From Alphaproteobacteria bacterium (GTDB lineage: Bacteria; Pseudomonadota; Alphaproteobacteria; MPNO01; UBA830), in the NCBI GenBank assembly GCA_965243135.1, contig OZ251539.1, positions 5,120,001 to 5,184,000 on the forward strand: a DNA stretch of 64,000 nucleotides, given 5' to 3'. The notes below the pieces were generated by a model that was not told where the DNA came from, did no database searches, and was given only the letters and a program-made list of their open reading frames with translations. Position 1 is the stretch's first letter, and every line of letters begins with the position of its first letter. Shown here piece after piece: positions 9,583 through 20,039 of the stretch. The position numbers and the translations under genes were made by a program.

Positions 9583-10413
9583 GTGAAGCTCCGCGACGTC
9601 CTCGCCCTCCTGCTGATCGCGGTCGTCGCCATCGGCGGGCGGATCTTCGGCGGAGACGCGCCGGGCGAGCGCCGCCCCGAGAGACCGTCGGCGGCGCCGG
9701 CCGCCGGAGGGAACCTGCCCCCGGAATCGTTCGACGATCCGCGCCTGATCGTCGACGTCGGGGAGAAGAACGCGAACGCGACCGGAACCGCGTTCTCCGT
9801 CGATCGTTCGGGCATCTGGATCACGGCGCGGCACGTGACCGAAGGATGCGCCTCCGTGGCCATTCGCCGGGGCGACGGCCGGCTGATCCGCGCGCGCCGC
9901 GTGGCGGCGCAGGGCTACGCCGACATGAGCCTGCTGTGGACGCGCGGCGGCGCGCCGTCATTGCCGACCGTCGACCCCGAACTGAGAATCGGCGAGGACG
10001 GCTACTCGTTCGGGTTTCCGCAGGGCGAACCCGGAGACGTGCATGCGCGGCTGGTCGGCCGAAGCAGGATGCTGGCTCGCGGCCGCTACCGGACGGACGA
10101 GCCGGTGGTGGCATGGACCCAGATACGCCGCGTGCCCGACCGCGGTCCGGATCTCGGCGGCATCAGCGGCGGTCCCTGGGTCAACGCGAACGGAGACGTC
10201 ATCGGCGTGCACGTCGCCGGCGCGCCCCGCCGCGGACGATCCTATTCCACTGCGCCGCGAACGCTTCTCCGTGCCCTCGAAAACGCCGGCCTCCGTCCCG
10301 GCGCCGGACGGACGGACACTCCGGAAAACCTGACCCCCGGCCGCTTCGAGAGATACGGCGACGAACTCCGCAGGCGGCAGACGGTCGCCCAGGTGGTCTG
10401 CCTGGTCGCATAG
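9583..10413 (+). CDS. Trypsin-like (S1) serine protease with N-terminal anchor
   Basis: GTAF, WITARHV (His), DMSLL (Asp), GISGGP (Ser). Confidence 0.85.
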   Translation: MKLRDVLALLLIAVVAIGGRIFGGDAPGERRPERPSAAPAAGGNLPPESFDDPRLIVDVGEKNANATGTAFSVDRSGIWITARHVTEGCASVAIRRGDGRLIRARRVAAQGYADMSLLWTRGGAPSLPTVDPELRIGEDGYSFGFPQGEPGDVHARLVGRSRMLARGRYRTDEPVVAWTQIRRVPDRGPDLGGISGGPWVNANGDVIGVHVAGAPRRGRSYSTAPRTLLRALENAGLRPGAGRTDTPENLTPGRFERYGDELRRRQTVAQVVCLVA

Positions 10414-10468
10414 CCGCGCGTCCGACCGGCGGCGGCGCGGGTTTTTCGAGAGGAAAGGCCCCGGGGCT

Positions 10469-11443
10469 TCAGCCGGCGAGTCTGGCCGTCAACCTGCGCG
10501 CCAGCGCGCCCACCACGCGGCGGCGATACCAGGGCGCGACGGTCGTGGTCCGCATCGGCTTCGCCTGCTTGCGCACGGTTTCGCGAATCGCGTCGAGCGC
10601 GTCCGCGTCGAGCGGCGCGCCGACGAATTTCTCCGTCCCCGTCACCATTTTCGGCAACGGGTTCACAGCGGTCAGCGCGATGCGAAGATCGGCCAGCCTG
10701 CCGTTCTCAATCGCCAGCAGCGCGGCGACGCCGGCGAGAGGGAAGTCGATCGATCCGCGAATGCGCGACTTCTCGTAGCCGGACCGGGCGGCGGCGGGGA
10801 GTCGCGGGAGAAGGACGGACGCGAGAAGCTCTCCCTCTCCCAGCGCGAGATGGTTCATGCCGTCGTCGCGATACAGGTCCGCCAGCGGGGTCGCGCGCGC
10901 GCCGCCGGGACCGACGAGCTCGGCTTCCGCTCCGCAGACCATCATTGCCGGCGCGACGTCTCCCGAATAAGCCGCGAAGCAGCGCTTGCCGCCCGGAGCC
11001 ACGTGGCAGACCGCGCCGAGGTGCTTGAGGCAGAACTCGTTGCTCTCGCGCCACCATTGCGACTGGTTGTAATAGATGCATCGCGTGTCGAGGCACAAAT
11101 TGCCGCCGACCGTGCCGTACCGGCGATGCGTCGGGCCCGCGACGGCCGCCGCGGCCTCCGCGACCGCGGGATAATCCCTGCGGAGGACGGCGTGGTCCGC
11201 GAGTTCCCGAAGCCGCGCGCCCGCGCCGACGCGAACGCGGTCGTCCGCAACCTCGATCCCGGCCATGTCCGCTATGCCGGACAGGTCGATCAGCGCCGCC
11301 GGCGTCTCGATGCCGCGCCGCACGTTGACGATCATGTCGGTTCCGCCCGCGAGGTAGCGCGCCTCCGGGTTAGCGGCCCTCAACGCGACCGCTTCGGCGG
11401 CCGTCGCCGGACGGTGAAGATCGAACTCGGGAAGATATTCCAT
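10469..11443 (-). CDS. hcrB: 4-hydroxybenzoyl-CoA reductase beta (FAD, 4Fe-4S) subunit
   Basis: AGGTD FAD motif, TVGGNL followed by the Cys-rich insertion CLDTRCIYYNQSQWWR..CLK....CHV.....C typical of HcrB. Confidence 0.88.
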   Translation of the reverse strand: MEYLPEFDLHRPATAAEAVALRAANPEARYLAGGTDMIVNVRRGIETPAALIDLSGIADMAGIEVADDRVRVGAGARLRELADHAVLRRDYPAVAEAAAAVAGPTHRRYGTVGGNLCLDTRCIYYNQSQWWRESNEFCLKHLGAVCHVAPGGKRCFAAYSGDVAPAMMVCGAEAELVGPGGARATPLADLYRDDGMNHLALGEGELLASVLLPRLPAAARSGYEKSRIRGSIDFPLAGVAALLAIENGRLADLRIALTAVNPLPKMVTGTEKFVGAPLDADALDAIRETVRKQAKPMRTTTVAPWYRRRVVGALARRLTARLAG

Positions 11444-11448
11444 GATTC

Positions 11449-13758
11449 CTACGCCCGGACGGCGGTTCGCTCCGCGTCCTCGAGAAGCCGCAGCAGGCGG
11501 TCGGGGGTGACCGGCAGTTCGTGGGGGCGCACGCCCATGGCGTCCGCGACGGCGCTGGTCAGCGCCGGCAGGAAGCCGGCAAGCGACGCCTCGCCCGCCT
11601 CCTTCGCCCCGAACGGTCCGTGCGGATCGTTGGACTCGACGATGTGGGCCTCGATGGGAGGCGATTCCACGATCGTCGGAACCCGGTAGTCGAGCATGTT
11701 GCCCGAGACCATGAGGCCGTCGTGGTAGCGAGTCTCTTCCGACAGCGCCTGTCCCATGCCCATCCAGACGGATCCCTGGATCTGGCCCTCGACGGTCAAC
11801 GGGTTGAGGGCCCGGCCGCAGTCGTGGGCCACCCAGACCTTGTCGACCGAGATCTCCGCGGTGTCGGGATCGACCGTCACTTCGACGACCTGGGCGGCGT
11901 AGGAGAACGCCATCGTGCCGCCGATCGCCGCGCCGCGGTACTTCTTGCCGCCCCAGCTTTCCGGCAGGGTTTCGAAATTGCCCTTTACGGTGATCGTTCC
12001 GGAGCCTTCGAGCGCCGCCGCGACCACCTCCTCGAAGGTCATGCCTTCGTCCTGGCTGCCGGCGCGATAGATCTCGCCGAGGCATTCGACGTCGTCCGGC
12101 TTGACGCCGAGCTTGCGGGCCGCGGCCTCGACCAGAACCGACTTCAGGTTACCGGCCGCCTCGATCGCCGCGTTGCCGACCATGAAGGTGACGCGGGAAG
12201 AATAGGAGCCGTTGTCCTTCGGCGTGACGCGGCTGTCGGCCGCGACGATCTTGACGCGCGCGGGATCCACGCCCAGCACCTCCGACACGCACTGGACGAG
12301 AACCGTGCTCGATCCCTGGCCGATCTCGGACGCGCCGGTCAGGATCACGACGGATCCGTCGAAATCGAGCTTGACGTTGACGGTGGCGTGCGGCTCGCCG
12401 GTCCAGTTGACCGGCTTGGAAGCGCCGGAAACGTAGTGGGAGCAGCCGAGGCCCAGCCCCTTTCCGGGCGGCAGGCGGCCCTTTCGCTCCTTCCACCCGG
12501 ACGAGCGCTCGACGATGTCGAGGCATTCCGGCAGCCCGTAGGAATTGACCCAGAGATCGTTGGCGGTGTGCCCCATCTCGGAGATCAGGTTGGCGCGCCG
12601 GACCGCGAACGGGTCGAGCCCGAGGCGCCCCGCCATCTCGTCGAGCGCGTTCTCGAACGCATGGCGGACATTGACCGTTCCGTGGCCGCGAAACGCGCCG
12701 CACGGCGGCGTGTTCGTCAGCGCCCGCTTGCCGTCGTAGCGCACGTTGCGCAGATCGTAGATCGCGAACAGCATCGAGCCCGAATAGAGAATCGTGACGA
12801 TTCCGTAGCCGGAGTAAGCGCCGCCGCGCTGCACGGTCCTGCAATCGACGGCGGTGATCCGGCCGTCCGCCTTCATTCCCATCCTGATTCTGACCGTCTG
12901 TTCGGGCCGGCCGCGATGGGTGATGAAAGTGTCTTCCCGGCTGATCACGATGCGCACGGCTCCCCCGGCGCGGCGCGCGAGCATGGCGGCGATCATTTCC
13001 ACGTTCAGCGCTTCGGTGCGGCAGCCGAAGCCGCCGCCGAGGAAGGGCTTGACGACGCGGATCTTCGACTGCGGCATTCCGAGGATCTTCGCCAGCATCA
13101 GATGGACGTAATAGGGCACCTGCGTGCTGGCGTGAACGGTCAGCTCCCCGCGGGCGGCGTCGTATTCGGCGAAGGCGGCGTGAGGCTCGGTCTGGACCTG
13201 GCATACCTCGGCGCAGAGGTATTCGGTCTCGTGGACCAGATCGGCCTCCGCGAAGCCCGACTCGACGTCGCCGATTTCGAACTCGACGTGCCGTTCGACG
13301 TTGCCGGGCCGATGATCGTGGAGGTCGACGGCGTCGGGCGACATCGCCTCGTCCGCGGAGAAGCAGGCGGGCAAGGCCTCGTACTCGATCCGGACGAGGT
13401 CGCAGGCGCGCCGCGCGATCGCGATCGTGTCGGCGGCGACGGCCGCCACCGGCTCGCCGCGGTAACGCACGCGGTCGCGGGCGATGGGCGGTTCGGTCCG
13501 CGCGACGGGAAGCACGCCGTGGCCTTCCGCGGTCTCGCCGCCGGCGACGACGGCGCGGACGCCGGGCAACGCCTCGGCGGCCGAAACGTCCACCGACAGG
13601 ATGCGCGCGTGCGCCACCGGGCTCCGCTTTATGAAGCCGGCCAGCGCGCCGGGGTCGGCGAAGTCGGCGGTATAGCGCGCCTTGCCCGAGATCTTCTCGG
13701 GGCCGTCGACCATCGGCATCGGCACGCCGATGGAAGGGACGGGGGCGATCTCCGTCAC
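11449..13758 (-). CDS. hcrA: 4-hydroxybenzoyl-CoA reductase alpha (molybdopterin) subunit
   Basis: GGGFG, AFRGHG, HYVSG..KPVNWTGEPHA, GSYSSRVT, GAKEAGE motifs; GTGA overlap with hcrC. Confidence 0.85.
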   Translation of the reverse strand: MTEIAPVPSIGVPMPMVDGPEKISGKARYTADFADPGALAGFIKRSPVAHARILSVDVSAAEALPGVRAVVAGGETAEGHGVLPVARTEPPIARDRVRYRGEPVAAVAADTIAIARRACDLVRIEYEALPACFSADEAMSPDAVDLHDHRPGNVERHVEFEIGDVESGFAEADLVHETEYLCAEVCQVQTEPHAAFAEYDAARGELTVHASTQVPYYVHLMLAKILGMPQSKIRVVKPFLGGGFGCRTEALNVEMIAAMLARRAGGAVRIVISREDTFITHRGRPEQTVRIRMGMKADGRITAVDCRTVQRGGAYSGYGIVTILYSGSMLFAIYDLRNVRYDGKRALTNTPPCGAFRGHGTVNVRHAFENALDEMAGRLGLDPFAVRRANLISEMGHTANDLWVNSYGLPECLDIVERSSGWKERKGRLPPGKGLGLGCSHYVSGASKPVNWTGEPHATVNVKLDFDGSVVILTGASEIGQGSSTVLVQCVSEVLGVDPARVKIVAADSRVTPKDNGSYSSRVTFMVGNAAIEAAGNLKSVLVEAAARKLGVKPDDVECLGEIYRAGSQDEGMTFEEVVAAALEGSGTITVKGNFETLPESWGGKKYRGAAIGGTMAFSYAAQVVEVTVDPDTAEISVDKVWVAHDCGRALNPLTVEGQIQGSVWMGMGQALSEETRYHDGLMVSGNMLDYRVPTIVESPPIEAHIVESNDPHGPFGAKEAGEASLAGFLPALTSAVADAMGVRPHELPVTPDRLLRLLEDAERTAVRA

Positions 13759-14228
13759 GCCGTCCGCAACTCTTCGGCCGCCATCCGAACCGCCTCGATT
13801 ATCTTCACGTATCCGGTGCAGCGGCAAATATTGGAGGCCATTTCGACGCGGATCGTTTCCTCGTCGGGATCCGGGTTCCTGCGCAGCAAGCCCTCGGCCG
13901 CCATCACCATGCCGGGCGTGCAATACCCGCACTGCGCGCCCAGCTTCTCGTGAAAGCCCCGCTGGATGGCGTTCAGCCGGCCGCCGGCCGCCAGCGATTC
14001 GACGGTCTCGACCGACTTGCCGCCGCAAACGGCGGCGAGGGTCAGGCAGGAGTGCCTCGCCTCGCCGTCGACCAGGACGGTGCACAACCCGCATTCCCCG
14101 CCGTCGCAGCCGATCTTGGTGCCGGTCAGCCCGACGGTCTCGCGCAGATAGTCGACCAGGAGAAGATTGCCGGGAACCGCGTCTTCGCGCAGGCGTCCGT
14201 TCACCTCGATCGAAAGCAGCGTTTTCAT
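13755..14228 (-). CDS. hcrC: 4-hydroxybenzoyl-CoA reductase gamma (2x[2Fe-2S]) subunit
   Basis: GCDGGECGLCT..SC and QCGYCTPG..CRCTGY; C-A-B gene order. Confidence 0.85.
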   Translation of the reverse strand: MKTLLSIEVNGRLREDAVPGNLLLVDYLRETVGLTGTKIGCDGGECGLCTVLVDGEARHSCLTLAAVCGGKSVETVESLAAGGRLNAIQRGFHEKLGAQCGYCTPGMVMAAEGLLRRNPDPDEETIRVEMASNICRCTGYVKIIEAVRMAAEELRTA

Positions 14229-14536
14229 GTCCAATCACCTTCGCCCGGGAACGGGAACCGGCGGCGGGAGAAACCGCCTTCGGCCGACGGAGCCGGGAAC
14301 ATCGGCCGCCGCAATATGCAACATGCCGCCCGCCGCATCAAGGTTGCCCGCCGAACGGGTTTCAGGGGCCGTCGGGCGGGACGAGGACTTGGAATCGTCG
14401 TTCCTGCCGGACGGGCGGCGGGAGTCGGCGCGCGAGACTGGGCCTTGAGGAGGCAGCGCAAGGACAAGCCGGTCAAGCACCTGCCGTGCGCGACGGTCCG
14501 CTGCCCACGCGGAGATTGCCGCAGCGCGACCGCCTC

Positions 14537-14565
14537 TTGACGGCTCCAGTGCGGCAGCCTACTCT
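14537..14565 (+). promoter_or_regulatory. Putative sigma70 promoter, probably producing a leaderless mRNA
   Basis: TTGACG-17 nt-TACTCT, with the ATG at 14572 only 6 nt downstream and no SD sequence. Confidence 0.5.
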
Positions 14566-14571
14566 CTTCGG

Positions 14572-16102
14572 ATGGCGAGACGCATGCTTCCGACCGGCAT
14601 GACCTCCCTCCGGGAGATCCGGGAGATGGACTGCTACTACGTCGACAAGACGGAGCATGTGCGCCGCCTCGTCGAGAGGGGCAAATACAACTTCCTGTCG
14701 CGCCCGCGCCGGTTCGGCAAGAGCCTCTTGGTGGACACGCTGCAGAAGCTGTTCGAGGGAAGCGAGGAGTTGTTCCGGGGCCTCGCCATACACGACGGTT
14801 GGGACTGGTCGGCGCGCCGTCCGGTCGTGCGGCTCAGCTTCGGCGGACGCAATTTCGTTGTCCCGGACCGCGTTCGGGCAACGGCGGAAAGGCAGTTGGC
14901 GGCGACGGAGCGGCGCGGCGGCCTCGAACCGGGCCCCGTCGATACGGCGGCCCGTTTCCAGGAATTGATCGAGGCCCTGCACGAGCGCACCGGGCAGCGG
15001 GCGGTCGTTCTGGTCGACGAATACGACAAGCCGGTCCGCGCTCGGCGACCGGGAACTGGCGCTGGCCAACCGCGACTTCCTGCGCGACCTGTACGGGGTG
15101 ATCAAGGAGTGCGACGAGCATCTCCGTTTCGTTTTCCTGACGGGAGTAACCAAGTTCTCGAAAGCGGGTCCGCTCTCGGGCCTGAACAACCTGACCGACA
15201 TCACCCTTGATCCGCGTTTCGGCGCCCTTTGCGGCTACACGGACGAAGAGCTGGACGCGGTCTTCGCTCCTGAACTCGAGGGCCTGGACCGGGACGAGAT
15301 CCGCCGCTGGTACAACGGCTACAACTGGCGCGGCGCGGAGAAGGTCTACAATCCGTTTGACGTCCTCTTTCTTTTCGAAACGCGCGAGTTCAAGGCGCAC
15401 TGGTTCGAGACCGGGACGCCAAGCTTTCTCGTCGATCTTCTGTCGCGGCGCCGGGTCGCGCCTCCGGCCCTGGAGAGCATGGTCGCGGACGACTCGCTGC
15501 TGTCGGCCTTCGACGTCGACGACACCGAAGCGCTTTTGTTCCAGACCGGCTATCTGACCATCGTCGGGGAGGAAGCCGTCGGCGTCCGGAGCCTGTACCG
15601 GCTGGATTATCCGAACTACGAGGTGAAGTTCAGCCTGAACGGGCGGCTGCTGCGCACGATGTCTCCGGCAACGGGAGGGGAGGCGATGCGGCAGGCGGAA
15701 CTTGCCAGGCTGACGGCGGAGGACGATCCGGAGAAGGTGAGGGCGCTGTTCGAGGCGTTCTTCGCGAGCGTTCCTCACGATTGGCACCGGAAGAACGACC
15801 TCTACGAGGGCTATTGGGCGGCCCTCGTCTACTCGCACTTCGCGGCGGCGGGGCTGGACGTTCGGGTCGAGGAAGCGACCGCCCGCGGGCGCCTGGACAT
15901 GGCTGTGCTCAGTCCGGGATGCGTGCATCTGTACGAGTTCAAGGTCGTGGATCAACAGCACGAAGGCCAAGCGCTGGCGCAGATGCGGGAGCGTGGCTAC
16001 GCGGACAAGTATCGGCATCTTGGGGTGCCGATCCGGTTGATCGGCATGGAGTTCGGCCGGGAGGAGCGCAACATCGTCGGGTTCGAGTTCGAAACCGCCT
16101 GA
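14572..16102 (+). pseudogene. AAA-ATPase-like + C-terminal PD-(D/E)XK nuclease protein, frameshifted near 15035
   Basis: YYVDKT, LSRPRRFGKS (Walker A), VLVDEYDKP (Walker B) in one frame; FVFLTGVTKFSK..LNNLTDI, WYNGY, YNPFD, GRLDM..YEFK in another. Confidence 0.85.
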
Positions 16103-16287
16103 TGCCGGGCGGGTTCGACATCCCGTCCTGACGTTTCGACAAGTTGAACCGCTTCCGCGAAAGGCCGCCACCCGCGTCGCGGTGCGCCTCGCCGGGGGGC
16201 CGCCAGGACGTCATCGCCATCTTCCGTTTTCGCGCTTCGGCAACGGAGGATCGCCGCCGCTCCGAACGTTGGTTGCCCGCGAACGCG

Positions 16288-17481
16288 TCAGACCGCCTTG
16301 TTGACCGGTTCGAGTCCGAGCGCCACGCGGCCGTATTCAGCGCCGTTGATGTCGAAATTGACCTGCACCTGCCCGGCGGCCGCATGCATGTCGCGGAACC
16401 GCCGCTGGAAGGGATTGGAAAGATAGTTTCCGCCCGCGCCGATCGCGGATTGCAGAATCTGGACGGATCTGACGCAGTTCTGCGCCGCCCAGGCTCCGTC
16501 GCGTCGCCACCTGACCTTTTCCTCCACCGTCGGCATGCGCCCGGTTTCGGCGATGCGTTCGGCTTCCCGGATATTGTCGTGCGCCAGCAGCCGCGCCGCC
16601 TGTATGAGCGCGCCGGCCTCGGCCACCTTCATCTGAATCTGGGTATGCCCCGCGAGAGGCGAAGCATTGTAGGTGGAAACGCGTTCGCGGATTTCGGCCG
16701 CGTAGTCGTCCCACGCACCCTGGGCGATTCCGATCATCGGGCCGACGAGGATGTGCGGAAAGAGCCCGAGCACCGGCAACTGGTAGAGCAGGCCGGGCGA
16801 ATGCGGCGTTCCGGGCGTCGGGCCGCCGCGGGTGTGGGCCGGCTCCAGAGTCATGCAGTCGGGAACGTGGACTCCTTCGCAAGCGACGTCGCGGCTTCCG
16901 GTACCGACCAGCCCGCTGACGTGCCAGGTATCGATTTCCTCGAAGGACGCGCGAGGAAGCACCAGCCACAGCGGACGTCGCGGTCCGTCGTCCTCGATCA
17001 TGGCGGCCATCATCATCCAGTCGCTGGGATCGATGCCGCTGCAGTAGGGCCATCTTCCCGACAGTTCGAAGCCGCCGGTTACGCGCCGGGCGCGACCGGC
17101 GGTCGCCACGAGCGAAGACGCGATCAGCGCGCGGGGATTGTCCTTCCACACAGCGTCCTGCGCTTCGGCGCGCCACATGGGCAGCATCCAGTCGTGGCTG
17201 ATGAGATTGCTGTAGATCCAGGCGGTGGATGCGCAGCCGCGCGCGATGCGGTCGGGTATGTCGATGACCGTGCCGTAGTCGAGTTCGAGGCCGCCGTACC
17301 GCCTCGGCTTGAGGATCGACCACAGTCCGGTTTCCCAGAAATCCTCGACCGTATCCGGGTGAATCTCCCGGGTTCTTTCGACTTCCTCGGCCCGTTCCGC
17401 GACCCGCGGCGTCAGCGCCGCGGCCCGGGCGACCATCTTCTCACGGCCGGGGATTTGCCCGGCCTCGCTTACTGCTTGCAT
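16288..17481 (-). CDS. Flavin-dependent monooxygenase, acyl-CoA dehydrogenase fold (HsaA-like oxygenase component)
   Basis: PRRYGGLE, CASTAW, LSGRWPYCSG, DTWHVSGLVGTGS, FQRRFRDMHA. Confidence 0.88.
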   Translation of the reverse strand: MQAVSEAGQIPGREKMVARAAALTPRVAERAEEVERTREIHPDTVEDFWETGLWSILKPRRYGGLELDYGTVIDIPDRIARGCASTAWIYSNLISHDWMLPMWRAEAQDAVWKDNPRALIASSLVATAGRARRVTGGFELSGRWPYCSGIDPSDWMMMAAMIEDDGPRRPLWLVLPRASFEEIDTWHVSGLVGTGSRDVACEGVHVPDCMTLEPAHTRGGPTPGTPHSPGLLYQLPVLGLFPHILVGPMIGIAQGAWDDYAAEIRERVSTYNASPLAGHTQIQMKVAEAGALIQAARLLAHDNIREAERIAETGRMPTVEEKVRWRRDGAWAAQNCVRSVQILQSAIGAGGNYLSNPFQRRFRDMHAAAGQVQVNFDINGAEYGRVALGLEPVNKAV

Positions 17482-17525
17482 CGCGTTCCGTTCCGGGAAT
17501 CCGGGGCGCCAGCCGTCACGCCGCG

Positions 17526-17951
17526 TCAGACCCGGTCTTCGTTCCAGTAATTCAGCTCGATCATGATGCCGTTCGGATCCTCCACGAAGATCTGGAACAG
17601 ATCCATGTTGGGCACCTTGCGTTCGCGATACGGATATCCGTGCTTCTTCAGTCGGCCGCGCACGGACTCCGGCTCCTTCGCGCGAAACGCGATGTGATCG
17701 AAGGCGCCGGAACCGTCGAGCGCCTCGGCGCTGATCTCTCCTCCGAGATACTCCTGGAGTCCCGACGGATCGTCCGGATCGACGCCGACGAGATGGACGA
17801 CCGCCGTGCCGTCGACGTACAGCCAAGCGCCCGGGAAGGGGAAATCCGGCCGATCCCCGTCGGTCATTCCGAGGATATCGACATAGAAATCGCGGGTCTC
17901 TTCAAGCTTCACCGTACGGATCGAGCAATGGTCGAGCGAATTGAGACTCAT
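17526..17951 (-). CDS. VOC / glyoxalase family protein
   Basis: LDHCSI, RPDFPFPGAWLY, DHIAF, DPNGIMIEL. Confidence 0.9.
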   Translation of the reverse strand: MSLNSLDHCSIRTVKLEETRDFYVDILGMTDGDRPDFPFPGAWLYVDGTAVVHLVGVDPDDPSGLQEYLGGEISAEALDGSGAFDHIAFRAKEPESVRGRLKKHGYPYRERKVPNMDLFQIFVEDPNGIMIELNYWNEDRV

Positions 17952-18371
17952 TGGCCTTACTCCCTGTCTGTCTCCTGTCTTCGGAGTCTAGAACCCGATC
18001 TCCGTCAACACAAACGAACAGCCGCAGCGGCGGGCGCGGCGCCGACGCTGCGTCCGTCGGATCCTTGTACCGGAAACCGGAGCGCCGCGCAGGCCGGAGA
18101 CGGCCTCAAGGCAGGCATCCTCCGAACGCCGACAACTCTCCGAGAGGGGACAGGGGAGACAGGCGGCGAGGACTTTCGGCCTCGTCAGGCTCGCTCGGTG
18201 GATCGCGAGCGCGGATTCCTCGCGGCGGCGGCCGCGCCGGCGAGCCCGCCCACCCGCAGGTCCTTCTACAATCTCCGCCAAGACCCGGCGGCGAAGCTCG
18301 CGGCTTGTGCCCGCGGAAGTTCTTTGCGATTGCCGAGCCATGCCCGCAATAGGCACCGAACGCCGCCGGAT

Positions 18372-18400
18372 TTGACAAATCCTTGGCCAGCGTGAATATT
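18372..18400 (+). promoter_or_regulatory. Putative sigma70 promoter of the ATPase/nuclease pair
   Basis: TTGACA-17 nt-AATATT about 90 nt upstream of ATG 18492. Confidence 0.5.
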
Positions 18401-18491
18401 GCTAATGTACGCATTGGTCGATAGCGTAGGCGCCAAGGTGGAATGAAGCGTTCGAGACGATAACGCTATTCAGAAGATCAAGGGGTAAGAG

Positions 18492-20039
18492 ATGGAGAAT
18501 CCGGATATCAGGCTTGCAAAGGAAATTCCAGATTCAGCGAGCCCGAACGTCCGCATCAAGGTTGCAAACTTCGGGCCCATCGCCAATGGCGCGGTGGATC
18601 TTCGGCCGCTCACGGTGTTCGTCGGTCCGAGCAACACCGGAAAGACCTACCTTGCCATTCTGATTTACGCGCTGCACAAAGTGCTTGAAGGATTTTCGCG
18701 TCTCCCCCCCGTGACAAGACATTTCTACCGCGTTGGAAAAGAAATGCCGATATCGGATGCAACCACTGCAGAGGTAATTTCTAGCGTTGATGTCGATAAA
18801 CGACCGTTCTTTTTTTCCGACTTGCCTGAAATCGCACAAAATACTACGCAAAACATCCTTCAAAATCCGGATTACATGGCTGCGCATTTGAAGGAAGAAT
18901 TAGAAAGATGCTTCGATCTGAAGGATGCTGTGGATCTGATTGGATCATCCGCGAAGCTTGGCAAAATGGATATATCTCTTATAGTCAAAAACGGCGACAA
19001 GGAACTTTGGAATTTTTCCATGGGAGTATCAAATTCGACAATTTTTGCGGATGGAAGAATCAAGGATATGGTCCTTATACCGGAAACCATATCTGATTCA
19101 GATGATGAAGTTACTTTCCAGCTTCTTTGGAAAAGTTTAAACGACAAAAAAATGGATAACGTATTTTTCTTCTTCATGGAATTCCTAAATTTATTGTCTT
19201 ACATCACAAGAAATGAGAAATATCCAGACAGCCATTACTTGCCAGCCGCTCGTAGCGGCATCATGCAGAGTCACCGCTTCATTGCCGGCTCCCTCGTAGC
19301 TAGATCTACGCGAGCAGCCCTAGAACGTTTTCCAGAATTTCCAACATTCTCTGGCGTGACGGCCGATTTCATGCAACGCCTCATTCTTTACGATGCAGCC
19401 GATCCATATCCTAGGTATCGTCCGCGCAGTGAGCCGTCGAAAGCGTTGCTAGATATTGTGGATGCTTTGGAACGCAAGATGTTGTGTGGCAGCATCGAGA
19501 CAATTACGGAATCGCCAAACGGCTATCCAGAGTTCGTCTACAGACCCCGAAATTCCAAGAAGTCCATACGATTGAACCGTGCATCATCAATGGTATCCGA
19601 GTTGGCACCCATCGTACTTTTCCTTCGGAACAATATCCGCAAGGGCGATACCTTCATCATCGAAGAGCCGGAGGCGCACCTTCATCCCGCGGCCCAGACG
19701 GAGATAGCGACAATCCTTGCGCAGTTGGTCCGTAGCGGCGTCAGGGTCGTGGCGACCACGCACAGCGACTGGTTGCTCAAAGCCATCGCAAACTTGATGC
19801 GCGAAGGTGAACTCGGAACGGTTGAAGGCAGCCCCTCGTCGCCGATATCGTTGCAACCGCACGAGGTAGGAATATGGCTATTTCGCAAGGATGGTACGAC
19901 AGGATCGACGGTGGAGGAAATACCGTTCGACCGTATCGAGGGTATAGAGCCGACGGATTATGAGGATGTTGCCGAACAACTCTACAATCGTTCCGCTGAC
20001 CTTCAGAACAAGCTTGAAAGGGTGGCTAGCAAGGCATGA
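18492..20039 (+). CDS. ABC/AAA (AAA_15/AAA_21-type) ATPase
   Basis: NFGPI, Walker A GPSNTGKT, signature-like ASSMVSEL, Walker B/D-loop IIEEPEAHLHP, H-loop TTHSD; AT-rich central region. Confidence 0.9.
   Translation: MENPDIRLAKEIPDSASPNVRIKVANFGPIANGAVDLRPLTVFVGPSNTGKTYLAILIYALHKVLEGFSRLPPVTRHFYRVGKEMPISDATTAEVISSVDVDKRPFFFSDLPEIAQNTTQNILQNPDYMAAHLKEELERCFDLKDAVDLIGSSAKLGKMDISLIVKNGDKELWNFSMGVSNSTIFADGRIKDMVLIPETISDSDDEVTFQLLWKSLNDKKMDNVFFFFMEFLNLLSYITRNEKYPDSHYLPAARSGIMQSHRFIAGSLVARSTRAALERFPEFPTFSGVTADFMQRLILYDAADPYPRYRPRSEPSKALLDIVDALERKMLCGSIETITESPNGYPEFVYRPRNSKKSIRLNRASSMVSELAPIVLFLRNNIRKGDTFIIEEPEAHLHPAAQTEIATILAQLVRSGVRVVATTHSDWLLKAIANLMREGELGTVEGSPSSPISLQPHEVGIWLFRKDGTTGSTVEEIPFDRIEGIEPTDYEDVAEQLYNRSADLQNKLERVASKA

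Noticed and set aside
11521-13953. Long antisense ORFs (also 22111-24357, 37013-39094, 53827-56484, 58139-60985)
   Set aside because: Shadow frames of real genes in high-GC DNA; no family motifs and biased Arg/Ala/Gly/Pro composition
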